Source: Sedimentisphaerales bacterium
Lineage (GTDB): Bacteria > Planctomycetota > Phycisphaerae > Sedimentisphaerales > Anaerobacaceae
DNA: 64,000 bases
Assembly: GCA_030628155.1 (NCBI GenBank)
Contig: DAOVRL010000001.1
Location: 2,351 to 66,350, forward strand
Direction of reading: 5' to 3'
Shown: piece by piece, positions 38,246 to 45,010 of the stretch
Numbering within the stretch: position 1 is the first letter of the stretch
How the letters are laid out: each line of letters begins with the position of its first letter
Program-made: the position numbers and the translations under genes
Notes under the pieces: model-generated
Databases searched by the model: none
The model's input: the letters and a program-made list of their open reading frames with translations, nothing else
Told to the model about the DNA's origin: nothing

Positions 38246-40051
38246 ATGAGCTTGATAGACTTCTGTATAGTCGTCTTTTACTTCTGCGTTGTTATTGGCC
38301 TGGGTTTCTGGTATCGCAAGCGCGCATCCAAGAACCTCGGGGCTTACTTTCTGGGGGGCAAGCGGATTCACTGGCTGGGCCTGGCAATGTCCGGCTCGGT
38401 GTCCAATTTCGATATTACCGGGACGATGTGGATCATTTCGATCCTGTACGTCCTCGGGTTCAAGTCGATGTGGCATCACTGGATGTGGGGGTTTTTGATG
38501 GGCGCCTTTTTCTTAGGGTATATGGGCAAATGGGTTCGGCGCTCCAACGTGATGACGGCGGCCGAGTGGATGAAAACGCGCTTTGGCAGCGGCGCCGGGG
38601 GGAACCTGGCCCGGACCGCCTACGCGCTTATGGCGGTGCTTACTCTGGCCAGCTTTGTGGGCTACGCCTTTCAGGGGATCGGCAAGTTTGCCTCGGTATA
38701 TATTCCGTTAGAGTTGCTTGCCGAGCATACGTCTATCGGCTGGCTCCAGCAAATGCTCACAACGCACGAAGCCGACGTACTGGCCCTGACGATAATCAGC
38801 GCTACGACGCTCTACGTCATTCTCGGCGGACTTTACAGCGTGGTTGTAACCGATGTCATCCAGACGGTGATACTGACGCTGGCCGGCATTTTTATTGCCT
38901 ATATCGCCTGGTCGAAGCTGACGCCGGAATTCCTGGCTCAGTTGCCCGAAGGCTGGGCTTCATTAAGCGTACCGTGGCGGATAGAGGAATTTGCCGGGAC
39001 GAAGGATGCCGGCTTTGAGCTATTCGGCGCCCTTGTGATTGTCTGGGTCGTCAAGGGGCTGCTGCTCAACGCCGGCGGGCCGGCGCAGATGTACGACTTC
39101 CAGCGATTTTTAGCGGCTCGTGACGCCCGCGACGCAGCGAAGGTCGGCGCCGCCTGGAGCGTGTTTTTGATAGTCCGCTGGGCGATGGTGGTCGGGATCG
39201 CCCTGCTGGCCCTCACCGGAGCTGCCGGCGTCACGGACAGGGAGAAGGTGATGCCGATTGTGCTGGCCGATTTCCTGCCGGTCGGAATCAAGGGCATTGT
39301 GATAGCCGGGCTGTTAGCGGCGTTTATGTCAACGTTCAGCTCGACGGTCAACAGCGGGGCATCCTTCATAGTCCGCGATATCTGGCAGCCTTACTTTCGT
39401 CCAAAGGCTTCCGACAAAGAATCCGTGCGGTTCAGCTATCTGGCCACGCTTCTGTTGGTTATCATCGGCGTGGCAATTGGTTTTAAGGCCAAATCCATTG
39501 CCGAGATATGGAACTGGATGATGATGGAGCTGGGCGCAGGCGTGGTGATGCCGAATGTCCTTCGATGGTACTGGTGGCGGATGAACGGCTGGGGCTACTC
39601 GCTCGGCATATTTGTGGGAATCGGCCTGGCTTTAGCAGGCTTATTCGTTGGCGGCGTGCCGTCTTTCGTTACGTTTCCCGTGATCTGCGCCGCTTCACTG
39701 GCGGCAAGCATAATTGGCTCGCTGGCCACCCGCCCGGTGAGCCAGGATGTCTCAATTTCGTTTTACCGGTCTGTTCGGCCGTTCGGCCTGTGGGGCCCGG
39801 TTCGCAAACAAGCCGAATTGTCGGCGCAAGAGCCGGCATCAAAGTCTGAGAACGTGTCGCTGACAATTCTTAACGTTGTTCTTGCTATGGTTGCGATTTG
39901 CGGGCTGTACTTGTTCCCGATGTACCTGGTCGGGCATTGGTACGGCAAATCAATGATGTCGCTCGCCGTGGCGCTTGGGGCCATCGCGGTGCTTAGGTTT
40001 ACATGGTATCCGAATCTGCCCGCTAAGCGGTCGTCCGAGGAGAAGCAGTAG
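38246..40051 (+). CDS. sodium:solute symporter (SSS) family transporter
   Basis: About 13-14 TM segments with an N-terminal FGLGFWYRKRASKNLGAYFLGGKRIHWL pattern. Confidence 0.85.
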   Translation: MSLIDFCIVVFYFCVVIGLGFWYRKRASKNLGAYFLGGKRIHWLGLAMSGSVSNFDITGTMWIISILYVLGFKSMWHHWMWGFLMGAFFLGYMGKWVRRSNVMTAAEWMKTRFGSGAGGNLARTAYALMAVLTLASFVGYAFQGIGKFASVYIPLELLAEHTSIGWLQQMLTTHEADVLALTIISATTLYVILGGLYSVVVTDVIQTVILTLAGIFIAYIAWSKLTPEFLAQLPEGWASLSVPWRIEEFAGTKDAGFELFGALVIVWVVKGLLLNAGGPAQMYDFQRFLAARDARDAAKVGAAWSVFLIVRWAMVVGIALLALTGAAGVTDREKVMPIVLADFLPVGIKGIVIAGLLAAFMSTFSSTVNSGASFIVRDIWQPYFRPKASDKESVRFSYLATLLLVIIGVAIGFKAKSIAEIWNWMMMELGAGVVMPNVLRWYWWRMNGWGYSLGIFVGIGLALAGLFVGGVPSFVTFPVICAASLAASIIGSLATRPVSQDVSISFYRSVRPFGLWGPVRKQAELSAQEPASKSENVSLTILNVVLAMVAICGLYLFPMYLVGHWYGKSMMSLAVALGAIAVLRFTWYPNLPAKRSSEEKQ

Positions 40052-40217
40052 TTGGAAAACAAAGAACAGCCCGGCTGAAATTGACCGAGACTGTGCCATC
40101 TACAAAAGAATTGAGAAAGTTCGAAATTGCCGCGTCCCAACACGTCTGTAATTGTAAGGTGTGCCGCAAAAGCCAGGAATAAGTTGAAAATTAGGGACGG
40201 ATTTGAAGGAGTACGAA

Positions 40218-41456
40218 ATGGGCAAGGCCAAACCTGTGGTGGTATTGGCGTTTCTGTCAGTGGTGTTGGCGTCATCAGCGATTGTGGCCGGCCAGGAGGC
40301 TGAATGGCCCTGCTGGCGGGGACCAAACCGGGACGGCAAGTCTCCGGATACGAATCTGCTCAAGCGATGGCCCCAAGGCGGACCGGAGCTGCTTTGGCAG
40401 GTCAATGGACTGGGTGGCGGCTTTTCCACTGTTGCCGTAACCGGAGGCGCCGTGTACATCACCGGCGACGTCGGCGACAAGCTGATCCTGTTTGCCTTTG
40501 ATATGAACGGCAAGCCGAAATGGAAGGTGCCGGTCGATAAGGCATGGACGACGAGTCATGCGGGGTCGCGCTCGACACCTACGATCGACAGCGGGCGGCT
40601 GTACCTCTTGTCCGGTAACGGTGTGCTCGTGTGTATGGACCCGAAGAGCGGCGAGCTCAACTGGTCGAAGAATATGAGAGATTTCGGCGGCAGGTCGGGC
40701 GGATGGGGCTACGCCGAGTCGGTCCTGATTTACAACGACTTGGCTATAGTCAAGCCCGGCGGCGAGAGCTGTATCGTCGCGCTCAACAAGGCAAGCGGGG
40801 AGATTGTCTGGAAAAGCACGGGTTTCAACGCCGGGCCGGAATACAGCTCCTGTTACCCGTTTGATTATGCAAATACGTCCGTCATTACGACAGGGACGCG
40901 ATCAGGCATCGTGGGCATCTCGGCGAAGACAGGCGAATTTCTCTGGTTGAACAATTGGAGCGCCCGCAATACGGCAAACTGCCCCGATCCTCAGTATGCC
41001 GATGGGTATGTGTTCTGGGCCAACGGCTACGGCAAAGGCGGTATATGTTTGAAACTGACCGCCCCAGACGGCAAGGTCGCTGCTGAGGAGGCCTGGACAA
41101 CGAAGGGCATGGATTGCCACCACGGCGGCTACATCATTCACGAAGGATATATCTACGGCAACAATGGCGGCGGTTGGTCGTGCCTGGAGCTCAAGAGCGG
41201 CAAGGTTATGTGGAAAGAGAAAGCCGTGGGCAAGGGTTCGCTGTGCTTCGCCGACGGGATGCTCTATCTCTTCGGAGAAAGCGGCGGCAAAGCCGCTCTG
41301 GCGACGTGCTCGGCCGAAGGTATGGAGGTTAGAGGCAATGTCACCGTCGAGGGCAGCGGCCCAAGCTGGGCGCATCCGGTCGTAATAGGCGGCAGGCTCT
41401 ACCTGAGATACGCAGACAACCTCTACTGCTTCAGCGTAAACGCCGGCCAAATATAG
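40218..41456 (+). CDS. PQQ-like beta-propeller repeat protein (BamB-like fold), secreted
   Basis: GGAG at 40208-40211 precedes ATG 40218. EWPCWRGPNRDGKS ... repeated G.(V/L)Y..(S/G).(D/N)G.L.C(L/M)D...G...W motifs. Confidence 0.8.
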   Translation: MGKAKPVVVLAFLSVVLASSAIVAGQEAEWPCWRGPNRDGKSPDTNLLKRWPQGGPELLWQVNGLGGGFSTVAVTGGAVYITGDVGDKLILFAFDMNGKPKWKVPVDKAWTTSHAGSRSTPTIDSGRLYLLSGNGVLVCMDPKSGELNWSKNMRDFGGRSGGWGYAESVLIYNDLAIVKPGGESCIVALNKASGEIVWKSTGFNAGPEYSSCYPFDYANTSVITTGTRSGIVGISAKTGEFLWLNNWSARNTANCPDPQYADGYVFWANGYGKGGICLKLTAPDGKVAAEEAWTTKGMDCHHGGYIIHEGYIYGNNGGGWSCLELKSGKVMWKEKAVGKGSLCFADGMLYLFGESGGKAALATCSAEGMEVRGNVTVEGSGPSWAHPVVIGGRLYLRYADNLYCFSVNAGQI

Positions 41457-41572
41457 CCGCCGACCGGCCACAAGAACAAGCTCAAGCGCATCTCGAGCCC
41501 ACATCGTCCATTCCACGAACGTAAAGTAGCCGTGAGAGGCGTTGTGGGAGATTCTGTGGGCTGGTTCAGGTG

Positions 41573-41619
41573 AAAAAAAAGGGCTGCAAGCGCCGATTGA
41601 ATCGGAACTCACAGCCCTT
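41573..41619 (-). terminator. rho-independent terminator candidate for the PEP-CTERM gene
   Basis: Minus-strand RNA: AAGGGCUG-[25-nt loop containing its own CCGAUUcAAUCGG hairpin]-CAGCCCUU followed by UUUUUU. It lies 24 nt after the stop codon. Confidence 0.6.
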
Positions 41620-41642
41620 AGATTTCGGCTTAGTCACCGCCG

Positions 41643-42512
41643 TCAAAACGCTCTTCGTCTTCGCAGCCAGCCAACCAGGCCCGCGCCAATGCTGCCTAAC
41701 AAAATAGCACCGGGTGCAGGGATAACCGTGAAGCCGTTTTCTAGCTGTACGGGTATACCGTCCAAGGTGAAGTCGTCCAGGTAGGACGTCTTGTCTTCTG
41801 TTACGCCGCCGCCGCCAGTCCGCATGAGGACCATTTTTATGGTCGCGTTGCTAAAGTCATACGTGTTGCCCCAGGTGGTGGTGATGGGAGCCAGGTTCTG
41901 AAACTCGCTCCACATTATGGCGTTCGACTGCGTCGCGATGTCATGGCCGCCCAAGTAGTTGCCGGAGCCATCCCACGCGAAGAACTGATATGGGTAGCGG
42001 GTCGAACTGTCCAGATTAACCCAGGTGTCGCCTGGGATCGCCTTTGCGCCGTCTCCGGGCTGATCCCAAAGTACGTTGTGCGGCATGACGTTGAACAGAA
42101 CGTCATAGCCATAGTCAGTGCCACCGATTACCATGTTGGGATACGACGTATCAAGGCACATGGTAAAATTGACCCCATGGAAACTGTAAGGTCCGCGATC
42201 GACAACAACCGTGTTTCCGTGGCCATCGTCACCCCAGATAGGGGACTTGGGGCTTTTTGTCCAATAATCCCAGCTGGCAAAGTCCTTGACCTTGGGATCA
42301 CCCAGGTTCGTGACCTTCACGCCCGCGTAGTGGATAGCATCTTTCGGGTAGTACAACTCCAGGGAGGAATTGCCGACCTTGGCCTCCGTAGTAACCCACT
42401 GTATCGTGCCCAGGTTGTAGGTGTACTCCGTTACTGTCGGAAGAGCCTGGGCCGTCTCTGGCACCGCCAAAATCATTGTCATTACTAAACAAATTGTAAT
42501 TAACTTCTTCAT
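41643..42512 (-). CDS. PEP-CTERM sorting-domain protein
   Basis: N-terminal signal peptide. C-terminal VIPAPGAILLGSIGAGLVGWLRRRRAF gives P-A-P plus a TM segment plus an Arg cluster. Confidence 0.85.
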   Translation of the reverse strand: MKKLITICLVMTMILAVPETAQALPTVTEYTYNLGTIQWVTTEAKVGNSSLELYYPKDAIHYAGVKVTNLGDPKVKDFASWDYWTKSPKSPIWGDDGHGNTVVVDRGPYSFHGVNFTMCLDTSYPNMVIGGTDYGYDVLFNVMPHNVLWDQPGDGAKAIPGDTWVNLDSSTRYPYQFFAWDGSGNYLGGHDIATQSNAIMWSEFQNLAPITTTWGNTYDFSNATIKMVLMRTGGGGVTEDKTSYLDDFTLDGIPVQLENGFTVIPAPGAILLGSIGAGLVGWLRRRRAF

Positions 42513-43087
42513 AATCTTGTTACCTCCACTTTATCAGTTTTGATCTACTTTGTTGTTCATAAGCATTCAGGACAGGAGCGCCCTGCCCTCGTTTGTAGTT
42601 TTCACTTTTCACTTTTTAGAGCATCTTTTCATCTCCTTTCACAACAAGATGTGTTTGATTATCTAAGACCTTTATCGTGCCGGCCTCCTAACTAACCTCC
42701 TTTCCTTTTACGCTTCAGCTAAGTTGATATTGTAAAAAACGGTTTATCTTGGGGTGGAAGCTTGAGAGGCAACTTACATAAGCTTACTCACCTTCGTCCT
42801 TTGCCAACACAAGAATTGATTTCCTTCTCATTTTCCTTCTCCTCTGAAAATAGCTGTTCGTATTTCAAGCACCGCATACGCACAGGCGCTGGCTGCTGTC
42901 AATAACAAACGGATCGGCTCCTCCTGTAACTGCTTGTGAGCCTTAAAACCACTACTATTGTGCAATTTGCCTGAGATTTTGTCTATCGTGGTAAGTACTG
43001 GTTTTTGTAATTTTTTTCACAAGACACCAGGGTTTTTGGCCTAAAAAGCAGGTTTTTGAGGAGGGAGAAAAAAATAAAAAATTTTCC

Positions 43088-43116
43088 TTGACTATATGGT
43101 CAAACAACCATATAGC
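43088..43116 (+). promoter_or_regulatory. lexA promoter candidate with an embedded perfect palindrome (operator candidate)
   Basis: TTGACT (43088-43093), a 17-nt spacer, then TATAGC (43111-43116). CTATATGG-tcaaacaa-CCATATAG (43092-43115) spans the spacer and both hexamers. Confidence 0.5.
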
Positions 43117-43165
43117 ATAATAAGGCTGTTTGGGTACTGATTGTGAAGCCATCGGGGTATTGATT

Positions 43166-43786
43166 ATGAAGGCATTAACTAAGAGGCAGCACGAAGTGCT
43201 TATATATGTAGAGGGCCGTCTGCGGGACAATAATCCGCCGAGCCAGCGGGAGATCGCCGAGCACTTCGGGCTGGCCCAGAACGCCGCTTATCAATTGGTG
43301 AGGTACCTCAAGAACAAAGGCTACCTTACAGATTCAGGCGGGCATCGCCGGCTCAGGCTCTCTAAGGAATACATCGGGAGCAAAGAACCAGGCGAGGGCA
43401 TCCCCGTTGTCGGTCGCGTAGCAGCGGGTGAGCCGATATTGGCCCAGGAGAATATCGAAGGATATGTGAACCTAAAAAAGCTGTTCGGCCGGTCCGAGGA
43501 TGCGTTTCTGCTGAAAGTCGTTGGCGATAGTATGGTCGATGAAGGTATTATGGACGGCGACCTTGTGCTGGTCAAACCCAGCTCGACAATTGATAACGGG
43601 CGAATCGGCGTGGTGCTGCTGGATGACGAGGCAACGGTTAAAAGGGTGTATATCCAAGCCAATCGAATAGCGCTTAAATCCGCCAACCGCGCCGCCGGGT
43701 ATAAGACCCGATACATAAAACGGGCCGAAAGAGACGTTCGTATAATCGGTAAGGTGATAGGCTGTTTAAGGACGGATATACATTAG
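43166..43786 (+). CDS. lexA: LexA repressor
   Basis: MKALTKRQHEVLIYV winged-helix N-terminus. Cleavage-site region VVGRVAAGEPILAQENIEGY. Ser/Lys dyad context GDSMVDEGIMDGDLVLV ... TVKRV. Confidence 0.95.
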   Translation: MKALTKRQHEVLIYVEGRLRDNNPPSQREIAEHFGLAQNAAYQLVRYLKNKGYLTDSGGHRRLRLSKEYIGSKEPGEGIPVVGRVAAGEPILAQENIEGYVNLKKLFGRSEDAFLLKVVGDSMVDEGIMDGDLVLVKPSSTIDNGRIGVVLLDDEATVKRVYIQANRIALKSANRAAGYKTRYIKRAERDVRIIGKVIGCLRTDIH

Positions 43787-44008
43787 TAGTGGTCTGTTGC
43801 AGTTTAATTGATGGCTGTCATTGCGAAGGAGCGAAGCGACTGCGGCAATCTCAAGCCTCAGTGCGCAAAAACCGGCTATTTTCTTGGGAGCGCAGCGAAG
43901 CAGTCTCTCTTATTCGAAGGCAGGAGATTGCCACGGCCTTTCAGGCCTCGCAATGACAATAGAATACGCAGTACGTCATTGCGAGGAGCGAAGCGATGAA
44001 GCAATCTC
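43787..44008. repeat. composite REP/MITE-like cluster (leader box TAGTGGTCTGT plus three REP units: forward, reverse, forward)
   Basis: Units: GTCATTGCGAAGGAGCGAAGCGACTGCGGCAATCTC (43817-43852); GAGATTGCCACGGCCTTTCAGGCCTCGCAATGAC (43924-43957); GTCATTGCGAGGAGCGAAGCGATGAAGCAATCTC (43975-44008). Confidence 0.75.
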
Positions 44009-44120
44009 GACTTTTTCAATAGGCCCTTGTGCGGGAACGACAAATTGTATTACATTGTTACTGAGCTAACACTTACGGTGGTAGCGGATTCAGAAGCAGT
44101 TACTCTGAATAGGGATAAAA

Positions 44121-44972
44121 ATGGATGGTCGAATTTACATAGGGATAGCGGGCTGGTCGTATGCGGACTGGAACGGGATTGTCTATACACAATCGGGGGT
44201 CGATAAGCTCGAATATGTCAGCGGCTTTGTCGATGTAATCGAGATTAACAGCACGTTCTATCGCCCCCCCGCCGAGCGAAACAGCGTATCCTGGCTGAAG
44301 AGGACCTCGGCCAATCCGCAGTTTTTCTTTACCGCCAAACTGCACCGTGAAATTACCCACGAAGGCAAAATCGACCCGGCAACCGTCAAGCAGTTCCATA
44401 CGGGCTTTAAGCCTTTGCTCGACGAAGGCAAATTGAGACAACTGCTGGTGCAGTTCAGGTACGACTTTGCCGATTCGCAGCAGAGCCGGCGGCATCTATC
44501 CGAGATAGTGAAGAATTTTTCCGAAACGTTCAGCTTAGTGGTGGAGGTCAGGCATAAATCCTGGCAGATGCCGGGTGCGCTGAATTTCCTCCAGGGGCTC
44601 GGCGTTGCCGTCTGCAATCTCGATTATCCGACCACGTGGAACTCATTCGACATGCAGCTTTGCACGGTAGGCACAAACGGTTATTTCAGGATGCACGGAA
44701 GAAACAGAGAAAAGTGGTTCAGCAAGGCCGGCAGGGATGAAACTTACGATTACTATTACGAGGACAGTGAGCTTGCTCAGATAAAAAAACGGCTCGATAA
44801 ACTGGCCAAGGCCTTCGAATCGCTCACCGTTATCGCCAACAATCACTACCGGGGCGCCGAGCTTGCCAATGCACTTGAGCTAAAGGCGCTGGTTACGGGG
44901 CAAAAACAGCCCGTCCCCGAGGGTCTTTTAAGGAGTTATCCGGACCTGGCAAGGATTGCCTTAAATGTATAA
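44121..44972 (+). CDS. DUF72 (YecE/UPF0759) family protein
   Basis: IYIGIAGWSYADWNGIVY ... IEINSTFYRPP ... VQFRYDF ... the family-typical pattern. Confidence 0.9.
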   Translation: MDGRIYIGIAGWSYADWNGIVYTQSGVDKLEYVSGFVDVIEINSTFYRPPAERNSVSWLKRTSANPQFFFTAKLHREITHEGKIDPATVKQFHTGFKPLLDEGKLRQLLVQFRYDFADSQQSRRHLSEIVKNFSETFSLVVEVRHKSWQMPGALNFLQGLGVAVCNLDYPTTWNSFDMQLCTVGTNGYFRMHGRNREKWFSKAGRDETYDYYYEDSELAQIKKRLDKLAKAFESLTVIANNHYRGAELANALELKALVTGQKQPVPEGLLRSYPDLARIALNV

Positions 44973-45010
44973 TCGTTCATTAGATTGTCGTTCGTCAGGG
45001 TGGAGAAGGT

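Noticed and set aside
42610-42640. A possible 7-codon leader peptide (ATGAAAAGATGCTCTAAAAAGTGA on the minus strand) in the PEP-CTERM leader.
   Set aside because: The AAGGAG directly abuts the ATG with no spacer, and there is no attenuator structure. It is most likely chance.
43808-44069. ORFs 43808..43999 and 43821..44069 (MMAVIAKERSDCGNL..., ...HCEERSDEAIS...).
   Set aside because: They are translations of the REP units (GTCATTGCGAGGAGCGAAGCGA...). Peptides of this kind are a well-known artefact of this repeat family.
44088-44110. The inverted repeat ATTCAGA-N9-TCTGAAT just upstream of the DUF72 start, considered as a second LexA operator.
   Set aside because: It has no sequence similarity to the lexA-promoter palindrome or to any LexA box I know. 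It may be a small hairpin near the RBS, but there is not enough evidence to call it regulatory.
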